NCBI RefSeq assembly: GCF_964204645.1
Contig: NC_134035.1
Span: 3,782,001 to 3,846,000 of the forward strand
Direction of reading: 5' to 3'
Source: Tubulanus polymorphus
Taxonomy: Eukaryota > Animalia > Nemertea
DNA: 64,000 bases
A program made the position numbers and the translations under genes. A model generated the notes under the pieces. That model was not told the DNA's origin. It searched no databases and saw nothing but the letters and a program-made list of their open reading frames with translations. Positions 10,997 through 23,113 of the stretch are shown one piece after another. How positions within the stretch are numbered: position 1 is the first letter of the stretch; the number at the start of each line of letters is the position of its first letter.

Positions 10997-13900
10997 AAAT
11001 TGAAATCACATTAACAGGGAGACTGACTGCGAGAAGTTGGGGGAGGATGGGGTGAGAGGTTGAGGGAGGGGGGGGGGTGAGAGGTTGGGGACAATGGGAT
11101 GATGAGGTTGGGTGAGGTTGAGGGAGGATGGGGTGAGAGGTTGAGGGAGGATGGGTGAAAAGGGGAGCAAAACAGTACAATTACTCTGACATAGTAGCCT
11201 AAAGGCTTCAGCAAAGGTTTTCAGCAGTTTTCAGTCCCCTGGTCACACTGGTTTAACAGATTCTCGTTTTTCACAAGAGCCCAGCCTGTGGCCGGGAGAA
11301 AGCCATTGTAACTAACTGGTCGAGTCAGGGCCTGGCCGGCCTCACTAAGTGTGTCGTGACGTGTTTGCGAAGTCAATTGGCGTGAGGTCTCCCTGTGGCT
11401 GTGCGTCCCGGGCCCTGAGCCCGTGAGGACATAAAATATGATGAATTCTTATCATTTTACCCAATTCAAAAGTCGTACATTTAAAATCATCGTGGCTTTA
11501 AAGTCTTTATCAATTGAGAGAATAGTTCACTGTAAATAAAGAATTAGCGATTGAATTGAGCCCGCTCCACAGTAAAAATAGCGCGGTCAATTCAATCTCG
11601 ACCGTCTAGTGCTGCCCCTATGTATAACGATAGCGTGGAAAACGTGAACTAACATAATACTCGCTTGCCAGAGTCTTCGAACGGCCGTAGTGGACGAACT
11701 AATTACCGATTTGCGGGCCGGATTCCGAGCAAAATTCTCAAACTCTAAAAATGCTCTGAAACGTTTGAACCAAACAATTTCTCAATAAAAGAAAAGCCTT
11801 GAGAGAGTAAATTTGAATCGGGGTATTTCTAGTATTGTCTGGGAGAGAGCGACAGGTGTTTGTATGTTCCCTGATTATTTGCGCGCAATTAGAATATCTC
11901 GAAGAAAGAATATGGACATTTTGTCAATTCAGATAATCAATTATCATTCAAAAATGTAAATGAATAAGTTATTCTGTATATAAATACTATATTAATTGAT
12001 AAGTAAGTGAATTTTAGCTATAAAGTTTTAAATATGTTACCTAAAAAATAAGGCAATATCATACAAAATTCAGAACGTATTCATAGTATCATATTCAATC
12101 AGAATTAGGCGCCACACTGGTCCGTATTGTATGTAATAAAGACATTTAAATACCGGCGGTAAATATGCGCCACTATTTTAGTTCACAAAAATTCCGCTAT
12201 CGTAATTCATAGGGGCAGCACTGTACGGTAGATATCTAGCTCAGCCTCGCTATCATACTGTGGCATGCGAGTAATAAAGATATTTTTCTTAGCTGAATTA
12301 CGTTCAATGTTTAATACGATTCCATCGTTTATGAATAATTAGACTATCTTCTAAGGTTTTTCGAAGGGGAACATCTTTTTAAAACGAATTTCAAAACATT
12401 TTTGATAGAACTCTTTTGTCAGCGGAATGAGTTAGCATCCGGTAAAGCGATAGGCTCACATGCCAAAGGAAGAATTTCAAGCAAATTAAATTTTATTCTC
12501 TAAAATAGTGCATTCAACTATTAATAACACTGTAACCAGAAAAAAATGCTCTGAAACTATTAAAGAAACAATTTTCTATGACAGAATTAGGCTTAAGAGT
12601 GAATTTGAATCGGGGATATTCCTAGTTTCGTCTGGGAGAGAACGACAGGTTCTAGATGCCACGAGCAGTTTTATTTTCTGTTGCCCCAGTTCAAACATAG
12701 CCAATCGGTAGTGTCACAATTTAGTCCTCGTGGACATAAAGTTCACTATAACTGAAGTCAAGTTCTCCCAATATGTGTTCGTTTGTTTGTTTATCCTCTC
12801 GGTGAGTTCTAACGCTGCCAACACATATTTATCCAGTCATCTGATGAGTCCTGATCAACAAACAGAAACAATAATATATACATGTAGTTCCTAATGATGA
12901 CAAACATCCTAAAAAAATTCATGAAATTTTATAGATTTGAGGCCACCAGTCAAACATACAGAGTTAGAGTAAAGTCTAGTTACCGGTGTATCTGAGAAAT
13001 GGCAATCTAAGGTAGGCTACTCCACAAAAGGAGTGTCGGGGTCAAATTTTTTTTTGTCTCAGATTTCGATGAAATTCAGTATAGACATGTATTCTTGGGT
13101 GCTGATTACAAATCTGAAAGAATTTTTCGGATCTGAGGCCCAGAAAATGAGAAATTCGAATTTTTGGGGGGACCCCCTAAATTTTCAAAAGGCCTTGGAC
13201 CCCAGAGTTTTTGAGATATTCAAAATCTAATTGCAGATTTAGAATCAGCACCCCTAAAAATATAGAGGACTAAAATTTTAGGCAAATCGAAGAGATTCGA
13301 TTTTTTGGCTAAAAATGGCAAAAATCTAAGGTGTAAGTCCAGGAGTTTTTTTTCGGCAAAAAATCTTTTTTCTCTGATTCCTTCGAAAATTAGTAGGAAT
13401 ATGTATTCTGAGGTGTAGATTCCGGATCCGCAATCAGATTTAGAATCGGAATTCATCTTCATGAGCAAATAAGCGTTTTAATGCCCAAAATATGCACCCC
13501 AAAAATGGGGTACAAAGTCAAAATTTTTTTTGGCCCAATTTTAATGAAATTTTGTGCAGACATGTATTTCGGGGTGCTGATTACAAATATGAGGTTAGAT
13601 TTCGGATCCAAAGCTCGTAAAATGAGATATTCAGGATTCCGTGTTTCGACCCCTTTAATTTCGTCACAAATTTTAATGAAATTCGCCCGCGAAATTCGGT
13701 CCAAAAACGATTTTTATTCATTGATGTCAAATATTCAATTAATTTTTAAGGTAGAAATTGATGCTCTTACTAAAACCCTGAATTATAATTCCTGCAACAC
13801 AATTACGAGCTGCACAAATAACCCCATTGAAAATTCTTATGAAATGCAGTGTAAACAGTGTTTACAGATAAACTGCTTTCTCATAATTGTTTTGGATACT

Positions 13901-16351
13901 AATAAGAAATTCCACTCACACATTCACTATTCCTTGTCTAGCAGTAATGGTAGTCCACCAAGTTCCACAAATCCACATACTGAGTTCCACACCTCCTGGA
14001 GTCCACCACTGACTATTTTTTTATTAGTATCAATCCACTTATAGTCCGGTTAGTTGACTAAATAGTCCAGTTAGTTCACATATAGTCTGGTTAGTTCACT
14101 AGTAGTGCGGAAGAAGTTGACTGAAGAAGTAAAACTGTGATAAATTTCAGTTGAAGTCCACCACGTCCAGTATTCGTGAAGTTTACACGACAGCCCGAAA
14201 GAGGAAAACCTGAAATACTAAAATTGAAAATCACATTAACAGGGAGACTGACTGAGAGGTTGGGGGAGGATGGGATGAGAGGTTGGGGAAAATGGGGTGA
14301 TGAGGTTGGGGGAGGATGAGGTGAGAGGTTGGGGTGAGGTTGAGGAAGGGGTGAGAGGTTGATAGACGATGGGTGAAAAGGGAAGCAAAACAGTACAATT
14401 ACTCTGACATAGTAAAGGTTTAAGCAAAAGTTTTCAGCAGTTTTCAGTCATACTGGATAAACAGATTCTCGTTTTACACAAGAGCCCAGCCTGTGGCAGT
14501 GGGAGAAAGCCATCCGTAGACGTAGTCGAGTCACTGTGTCGTAACGTGTCTGCGAAGTCAACTGGAGTGAGGTCCCCCTGTGCGTCCCTGATGACATGAA
14601 ATATCATGAATTCTTATCTTTTACCCAATATCAAAATTCGTACATTTAACATCATCGTGGCTTTAAAGTCTTTAACAATTGTGAGGGAATAGTTCGCTGT
14701 AAATAAAGAATTAGCGATTGAATTGAGCCCGCTCCACAGTAAAAATAGCGCGATCAATTCAATCTCGACCGTCTAGTGCTGCCCCTATGTATAACGATAG
14801 CGTGGAAAACGTGAACTAACATAATACTCGCTTGCCAGAGTCTTCGAACGGCCGTAGTGTACGAACTAATTACCGATTTGCGGGCCGGATTCCGAGGAAA
14901 ATTCTCAAACTCTGGAAACTGCCCTGAAACGTTTGAACCAAACAATTTTTCTATAAAAGAATAAGCCTTGAAAGAGTAAATTTGAATGGGGGTATTTCTA
15001 GCATGGTCTGGGAGAGAGCGACAGGTGTTTGTATGTTCCCTGATTATTTGCGCGCAATCAGAATATATCGAAGAAAAAATATGGACATTTTGTCAATTCA
15101 GATGATAAATTATCATTAAAAAATGTAAATGAATAAGTTATTCTGTATATGAATACTACATTAATTGCTAAGTAAGTGAATTTTAGCTATAAAGAATTAA
15201 ATATGTTACCTAAAAAAATAAGGCAATATCATACAAAATTCAGCACGTATTCATAGTATCATATTCAATCAGAATTAGGCGCCACAATGGTCCGTATTGA
15301 ACGTAATAAGGACATTTAAATTCCGGCGGTAAATATGCGCCACTATTTTAGTTCACAAAAAATCCGCTATCGTAATTCATAGGGGCAGCACTGTACGGTA
15401 GATATCTAACTCAGCCTCACTATCATACTGTGGCATGCGAGTAATAAAGATATTTTTCTTAGCTGAATTTTGTTCAATGTTTAATACGATTCCATTGTAT
15501 ATGAATAATTCTACTATCTTTTAAGGTTTTTCGAAGGGGTACATCTTTTTAAAACGAATTTCAAAACATTTTTGATAGAACTCTTTTGTCAGCGGAATGT
15601 ATTAGCATCCGGTAAAGCGATAGGCTCACATGCCAAAGGAAGAATTTCAAGCAAATTAAATTTTATTCTCTAAGATAGTGCATTCAACTACCAATAACAC
15701 TGTAACCAGAAAAAAATGCTCTGAAACTATTAAAGAAACAATTTTCCATGAAAGAATTAGGCTTAAGAGTAAATTTGAATCGGGGATATTCCTAGTTTCG
15801 TCAGGGAGAGAACGACAGGTTCTAGATGCCACGAGCAGTTTTTTTTCAGTTGCCCCGTTTTTAGTTCAAACATAGCCAATCGGTAGTGTCACATATTTAG
15901 CCCTCGTGGACATAAAGTTCACTATAACTGAAGTCAAGTTCTCCCAATATGTATTCGTCTGTTTGTTTATCCTCTCGGTGAGTTCTAACGCTGCCAACAC
16001 ATATCCAGTTCATCTGATGAGTCCTGATCAACAAACAAAAACATGTAGTTCCTAATGATGACAAACATCCTAAAAAATACATGAAACTTATATGAAAAAT
16101 ACATGAAATGCAGTAAACAGTTTTTACAGATAAACTGCTTTCTCATAATTGTTTTGGAAACTTATAAGAAATTCTACACATTCACTAGCCCTTGTCTAGC
16201 AGTAATGGTAGTCCACCGAGTTCCACAAATCCACATACAGAGTTCCACACATCCTGGAGTCCACCACTGACTGTTTTTCACCACTGACTGAGTATCAATC
16301 CACTTACAGTCCGGTTAGTTGACTAGTAGTCCAGTTAGTTCACTAGTAGTG

Positions 16352-16680
16352 CTAAACACAATCCGTTTTTCGTTTATAAGTCCCCACTTTGATCACTGTG
16401 ACATTCTTTGTCATAACGCATCAGCATCATCATTAAATGAATTAGAACAGATCGACTACAGCGGGAGTCTTAGCGCTAAGGGTTGTATATTCGTGGTTCA
16501 AATCGTCCTTAAGATTCTTAACTGACAGGCGTTGGAAACTAAGCGCTCAGAAAGCCTGCAAGCATACATGTAAGAAATATCAAAAGAAATTTCGCCAACT
16601 TATGCCCTCTCAGTATTCGACCGCTACAAATCAAACTCAACCCACCCACGCTGTTAGAAATCATCTACCAGAATTTTGTA
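16352..16680 (+). mobile_element. Degenerate CR1/L2-type LINE ORF2 C-terminal fragment
   Basis: Translation FISPHFDHCDILCHNASASSLNELEQIDYSGSLSAKGC matches the pattern F-I-R-P-H-L-D-Y-C-D...LE.IQY.A.L...GC that follows the RT domain in CR1/L2; frameshifts and stops follow. Confidence 0.7.
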
Positions 16681-16849
16681 GCTACCGATTCGAGAAGATA
16701 CACAATATCCGTGTAAAATAACAAGAGGAATCCTAATATGAATTCAGCCAAAAGAAATGAAAAGGTTTATGGTAAAAATATATGTATTTCGAGCAACGTT
16801 TCGGCAAAATACTATAAGCCATCATCAGGCGTGCTGCGTACATCACCAG

Positions 16850-16893
16850 TACGCCTGATGATGGCTAATAGTAGCCGAAACCTAGGTCGAAAA
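16850..16893 (+). ncRNA. Minimal hammerhead ribozyme motif of the outer element (mirror copy on - strand at about 16791-16832)
   Basis: CUGAUGA-U-GGCUA(auag)UAGCC-GAAA-CCUAG-GUC^: intact core and palindromic ACCUAGGU stem III; stem I is poor. Confidence 0.55.
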
Positions 16894-17020
16894 ACATATC
16901 ACTTTATAGAGATAATCCCACAATTATAACGAAAAAGTCCGAAAATGTTACTTCGAGATAGTAGTTTATTTCAACGTTTCGACTATACCCTAATAGTCAT
17001 CTTCAGGAATAATTCTTCCA

Positions 17021-17067
17021 TTATTCCTGAAGATGACTATTAGGATATAGTCGAAACGTTGAAATAA
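17021..17067 (+). ncRNA. Minimal type-I hammerhead ribozyme motif (mirror copy on - strand at about 16966-17012)
   Basis: UUAUUC-CUGAAGA-U-GACUAU(uaggau)AUAGUC-GAAA-CGUU^GAAAUAA: conserved core, 6-bp stem II, palindromic ACGU stem III, partial stem I. Confidence 0.7.
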
Positions 17068-18691
17068 ACTACTATCTCGAAGTTACATTTTCAGACTTTT
17101 TCGTTATAATTGTGGGATTCTCTCTACATCGCGTCAACACGGATATAGTGTTCTATCAATCGTGAACATATCACTTTACCATAGAACTTTTCTTTTTTGG
17201 CTGAATTCGTCGTGGGATTTCTATCGCTTTGTAACCAAATCGCCAGTTGTTAAATTGCTGAAAAAAACAAACTAGATCATAATGTTCGTGATATTCCATT
17301 TCCATGTTCCTTTAACATTTCAAAAGCAAAATACTCAGTCTTTGAGCGCAAAAGGCACGTCGATTGTCATATCTAAACCTGAAATCAATTTGAACCAAAC
17401 TACAATCAGTTGAGCAGTCATTAGTTTGTCGAGTACGCCAATGGTCAAATTATGATGTATCCGAAACGATAGAGGGATAGAAATGGTGGAGCAACTGTTC
17501 AAATTCCGACTGACAAGAAATCGCCTGATGAAACTGAAATGCAAAGATGCGGAGGCAAATTGAGAATTGCCATGTGTACGACTCGTCCAATGTGTTAGAT
17601 TTCGGTTAGATAACGTTAGATCTCATTTTCGATTTGTCCGTCGCCTAAAACTCATTCCTATCAACAGGTTCGCTGGATAGCTCGTTGACTCCGACCACGC
17701 CACGCAACGGGAAAATTAACGCATTCGTTTCGCGTTGATAAAATGTGCCATATGCGTCTCAGCAGTCTATATATCGGATCGGTGTACGGTTCCTGCGTCC
17801 ATCTCGGGTAACAGTTTGAGCGTCGCTAGGCCCGAAACAACCACCACAAATTCGAGACGAAATTTACATTATACGTCAGGAAATACAACGCATATAATCT
17901 AACTATCGTACGCGAGAAATCGCGGTCAGAAACAGCGATATTTTATCGACTAAGGCAACGACAAGCGGCGGGTGAGGTGTACCTCTTTTTATCACGAATC
18001 GTCGCCAGCTATACGATGACTAGTGTGGACTAGTAAACTGCAATTAATCGGCACAAAATTGTAAGTAATCTTCTATGAATTATACATAGATGTAATTTGT
18101 ACGACCCTCTGATATTTACGGGGGGGGGGGGGGGTAAACAAGAAATTATCGTTATTGACTATTATAAATACATTCAGTAATCACACGCCTGAATCGTTTG
18201 CGGTAAAAGCAACACAGTTTTGATGGATCGAATACGTACGAGCTTAATCTAAACCGGTTTTGGAAATTATCGCTATATAAGGTAAAGGGTTGCAGGGGCG
18301 GATCAAAGCTATATATCATTGTATTCCAGATTATAGTCGGAAAAAAATTGACTAACATAGTACCTAATCAATCAGGTCCAGAAAGCCTTAGATAAAAGGG
18401 AAACGATCATCGTGTTTCTTGTGGAGAACCCCTAAACCCCTCTTTAGTGATAGTCTTCGCTGTCGGCAGGAGCAATCATTTCTAGGAATATAGTCAAATT
18501 TACCCGCTGGGTCCGCCTTGTATATGCAGCGCCAATATAGGATCCAACGATGCCCTTTTCTTTATGATAACTCTCCAGCGAAGTTGCGAGACAACTTATA
18601 GTAAAATTCATCCTAAAAGTCGGAAGAATTCGAATATGATGCGGTTAAAAACAGTTCTGTAATGACGATAACGATCCCTGCGCTTCAAATA

Positions 18692-19009
18692 CAGTAGAAG
18701 TTCTTTATAACGCCACTGTTGGGACTAATTAAAAATATGGCATGTTATAACGAAGCAGCGTTATAAAGAATGATATTCCCATTGGATTTGAGTTAGATTT
18801 GGCAAATCTCTTCTCTGAAAAATGTTGGCGTTAAAGTGAGCAGTGGGTATTAAAAAGGACAACGAATTTGGCAGCTTTATAAAGTAGGGTATTTCCAATT
18901 TCCGTCAAATTTGAGTTAGATTCGGCAAATCTGCTTTCTGAAAAATGTTTGCATTATGATGGGCAGTGGCATCGAAATGGATAGCAGCGTTAAAAACCGA
19001 CTTCGAATG
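18692..19009. mobile_element. pogo/Tigger-type MITE (degenerate)
   Basis: TA|CAGTAGAAGTTCTTTATAACGC ... GCGTTAAAAACCGACTTCGAATG|TA; internal duplication of about 128 bp. Confidence 0.6.
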
Positions 19010-20016
19010 TATAAAGCGATGAAGAAACCGACGAAATCTGTTATTTGTCGAGCCTCATCGGTGCTCATTAAGCTCCAGCTTATAGTTAGCTCTAATCGTT
19101 ATAAGAACATGTTCCCCGGAGAGGGATGAACGGATGGTTAGACTTTGAATTATCATCGCAATATGAAGTGATGCCACCAGAGACGTGTTCACAGTTGTGA
19201 TTCAAGCCAGTAATTGATTTCTGCTTATACATTATTTCCTATACACGTTCATATATATATAAATATGGTTAACAATAAACCCAACCAACTGTTTGAATCT
19301 ATTGACTTTCAGGCACCTGTTGCGTTTAGTGTGTAACTTCGCGTTCATCGACTCAATTACGTATCAATACAGGAAATATATATATTGTAATTTTGTGAGC
19401 GTAGGAAATTAATTCTTTTCCGCGCTAGCAGCTTGCGCCCGCCCGCTCGGTAAATACGCGCGCAAAACACCTCAACTACAATTTTTGAATAATGATGAGG
19501 CATTTCAGTTGCACCAACAACTTAAAGATAACGCCCGCACATATAGCGACGGTAACTGGTGCGATTTGACTCATTAAGTTGACTCATTTGACTCGTGCGA
19601 GTTAACTCATTGAAAATGAACTAATTTTAACCGTTAATCTTATTTTAAGTGTTAATTCTAACTCATGACTGTGGAACTGGATCCTGTATCGTTACCACCG
19701 GCCAAGTGGGGAATGAATGGATTTTTATCCTACTTTATGGGTATTACCCTAAGATATGGGTATTTTTACCTACAATCATAAAAAAGAAGTGGTCTACGAT
19801 ACCGGGAAGTATTTCTTACTCTGGACCCCCCAGTTATCGTTAAGCACCCGTGATACAGACGACCGGATCGGTGGAAAACCAAAGCTTGGACTGTAAAACC
19901 CTTAATGGCCTTCAACGTCCCGTATAACGAGAAAGAATGATAGCAGTCATGTTTTCCGTTCCTTTTGATACAATTTGGGTATTTCTTTCTTTTTGTTGTT
20001 CAAAACAGATTGAAAG

Positions 20017-21221
20017 ATGACCGCGTCGCAACAGCAACAACAACAACAACAACAAGAGCATCAACAACAAAATGACGACGCCTGCGTCAAAACACTAGAC
20101 ATCGGATCGACGACTTTCAAAGTTGTCGGATCGTTGCAAGTCATCTGCGCTTTGTGCCTGGTCGTGTTGACAATTCTGGAAATCATCCGCTATATCGGTA
20201 ACCCGTTCTACTACGGGTTCTGGGGCGGTGTATTTTTCGTGATGGCCGGCTTCACGACGATCTGGGCCGGAAACACGTCGACGAAACACGCTCTTCGCGC
20301 TTGTATCGCCGCGTCTTTTATCGCTGTCATCATGGCCGTGTTCGCTACTTGTTCGGTTGGAATTCTACTGGAAAGGTAAATGACTTTATAGAATATACTG
20401 CATGACTGGGACCTGTTGCACAGCCGCCAATTATGTCCGAAAGTGGTCTCCAATTATTTGGATTAGCCTACCTATCGTGCTTAATTTTCGCGAATTATAT
20501 CGTTGGGTTTTCAAAGACTATATCCCATCTAGCTGGACTCTTTTCATGGACTTTCTGAAACACTATTCGTTTTAGAGACCATGATTTACCCTAACGGGAG
20601 GTCTTTGCAGTGGATTGGCCGTATACACATCATATACACATGATCACTCGATCAGATTGGTTACAGAACAAAAAAATGAACTAAAACTGGTCTCAAGTTG
20701 TTAGAATGGTTATAGAACTAAAATGAGCTTAAACTGGTCTTAATTGTTGTTAGATTGGTTATAGAACCAGAATAAGTTAGACTGGCTGTAGAATTAAGAT
20801 GGTCTTAGACTCTATGGTCTTACCTCTGAGCCGTAGCGAAAGTGAGCCCTGGGTGTCTTCATACGACTCCGGTGGAGGCTTTAGAGCTGTAATAATGAAA
20901 GTATAACCATTCAAAACTCATTGCGTTCTATTTTTGTCCAATTTTTCTTGCAGGTATTTTCAGATGGAAGGAGTTTGTTACAGCGAGTTCCCGCCGTCCC
21001 ATCCGGACTTCGATACGTACAGCCCGCTCTGCGACAAACTCAACGATAAGCTTCTATTCGTTGTAGCCGTTCTTTACGGTTTAGACTTATTTTTCATTCT
21101 ATTCGAATTGGGACTAGCTCTCGGTATCAGTATGAAATGCTGCAAAGCGCTCAATCCGCTCAGACCAACGAACAAGGGAGAATGCCAAAAACTAGTAGCT
21201 GGAAACGACAAATCCCCCTAG
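20017..21221 (+). CDS. MS4A/CD20-like four-transmembrane protein; coding exons 20017-20375 and 20954-21221
   Basis: The two ORF segments join in frame over a GT-AG intron (GAAAG|gtaaat...cttgcag|GTAT). Four hydrophobic helices; TM2 'NPFYYGFWGGVFFVMAG' resembles the MS4A G-x-P/x-W-G-G signature; Cys pair in the second extracellular loop; N-terminal polyQ. An acceptor just before the ATG suggests a 5'UTR exon (candidate donor at 18061). Confidence 0.75.
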
Positions 21222-22452
21222 CTATCGATGGCCGATTCGGGCCACCTTATTGAAATAAACAGGATGGCCGCTTTCCGCCCATTCATAAATCCTCCGATAT
21301 TTCCATGTGATTACACAAAATTCCCTGTGAGCGATACAGACAAATTTCTAGATTTAAAATGTTACAATTCATTAATTTTTCATTGAATCACGTATTGATA
21401 AAGAAACACGAGGTCAATAGCGTTATCCGAATTCCCTGAGTTTCCCATGTTTTTTTGCTAAATTTGTCAAATTCCCTGGGTTTTCCAGATTTGTCAGATT
21501 CCCCGAGTATTCCAGGATTTCCAGGTCAGTGGCCACCCTGTTAAAACAACAAAAGTATAATCACTCAATCTCCACCGTTTGTTTTTTTAAAAATCTTACT
21601 CTTTGCCTCAAGCGGCATCAAAAATGATTTTCATTTATATCTAAAATCGAACAAGAATTACACACGCGTTTTCATTTCCTTCGTTTTTTCATGCTGTTAG
21701 TTCGGTGAAAATCCGCTAGGTGGCAAATATATGGACATACGAAAAACCCCAATTAAATCAAAATAGACATGTCCTCGAATGCATCGACGAATTCAAAACC
21801 TCTTCGAATTACTCGTAAATCGATAACTTGATTCCATTATTGTCCAACTCGTATAGAAACGACTGTACGACAACGTGTAATTGACGCATCATATGGCGCA
21901 ATTTCCTTGATGCGACGAAGCTAGTCGTTTTTAAACGAGCTCAATAACCTTAGACATATAACAACGTTTCCATATTGACTAAATCGCCAGTAATTCGAAT
22001 GGCGTTTGAATTCGAAGTTGACATTGTCTTGTTGTTTTGTTTTACTCATTCTCGTCACAAGATCATCTGTACACGATTCATGTTTGTCACAATTTGATGA
22101 AAAGTAGCCTACATTGTTCGTTTAAGAATCTTATTCATTTACACGCTCTATATTAAATCGTATATTGTTGAATGAAACGTTGTTTGTTTTTCGTCGCGTC
22201 ATGGTTAGATTGCCATGTCCGTGTTCGATTCATCCATTTTTTGACCACCCGGATTAAGGAATTTCAATTAACAAATCGACTACAAATGCGAAAAGCTGAT
22301 CGTCCATATACTTCACACATGAAGCGTTCAGAACTTCACCAGACATTTTTAGTTGAAAATGAACTACCAGACATAAAGCATTTTATCAGCGCACCTCCAG
22401 CAAGGATACAAAATAGGGATGATTATAAGGCTACGATATTAGATATGGGCTA

Positions 22453-22646
22453 CAGGGCTGCCAACCCCTGAAAAGTGACAAATTCAAATTTTTTTCGATA
22501 ACATTTCATTGAAATATGGAAAATGTTAAAATTAGCCAGTAATCAACAGTAAAACCATCAGTAACATCTTTCATATTTCTGTATGCATAGAAATGTTAAT
22601 CAACAGAGGAACAAATACTGAAAATCAGGAACAGTTGGCAGCCCTG
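22453..22646. mobile_element. MITE family with CAGGGCTGCCAAC TIRs (hAT-like termini); other copies at 43349-43723, 60025-60361 and a degenerate one at 61430-61925
   Basis: TIR CAGGGCTGCCAAC / GTTGGCAGCCCTG and shared internal sequence (CAGTAACATCTTTCATATTTC, TACTGAAAATCAGGAACAGTTGGCAG). No clear 8-bp TSD. Confidence 0.75.
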
Positions 22647-23080
22647 CATAGGGCATTTTGTTGTTTATCAAACCTGGTACATCAACTGACAAAAAATGAA
22701 AGAACGCCAACAACGAAAGGTTTCATTGAAACATCATCACAAGCGTTTATGATTACATTTTACATCACATAAATTGGTATTATATTCGTTACACACCGAC
22801 GTAGAGGGATATTATTGCTGAACAGTTTTCGAAAAGAACTATCCTTCAGAAACGTTTTCACGAGCGGTCTTCTCGGATTATGAAAATTTGAGGCAGAATT
22901 TTCCTATTCCAACGGTGTAAATGAGCACGATTCAAAAAATGTCCCCCGTTCAGTGATTCAGTTTGTTTTCCTCTTTTTTAATCTCAAACGCATCTTGACA
23001 TCAGATAGAATTAATTATAGTTAATAGTGCATATCACATTTCTATACACACACACATGAAATTAAAATTAATTAATATGG

Positions 23081-23113
<33 letters not shown>

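Larger units (their letters stand above)
4916..16350. repeat. Tandem array of a 3.2-4 kb unit: copies start at about 4916, 8677 (5'-deleted), 12646 and 15816 (partial)
   Basis: Collinear recurrence of many markers, e.g. GAAGTCAAGTTCTC at 5036/8677/12754/15930, CCGTCTAGTGCTGCC at 7700/11602/14769, CCTGGAGTCCACCACTGACT at 6257/9906/13995/16253. Confidence 0.95.
16720..17225. mobile_element. Nested Penelope-like inverted terminal-repeat remnants carrying hammerhead motifs
   Basis: Inner 107-bp inverted repeat (16907-17013 / 17020-17126) plus a tail, flanked by a 14-bp TSD AACATATCACTTTA (16893-16906, 17165-17178). It interrupts the right arm of an older inverted repeat (about 16725-16832 / 16851-16906 + 17179-17220). 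Confidence 0.8.

Noticed and set aside
12838-12872. CTGATGAGTCC...GAAAC as a hammerhead (also at 16014), and CTGATGACATG at 14588
   Set aside because: No stem II closing onto GAAA, and the motif is not conserved in paralogous copies.
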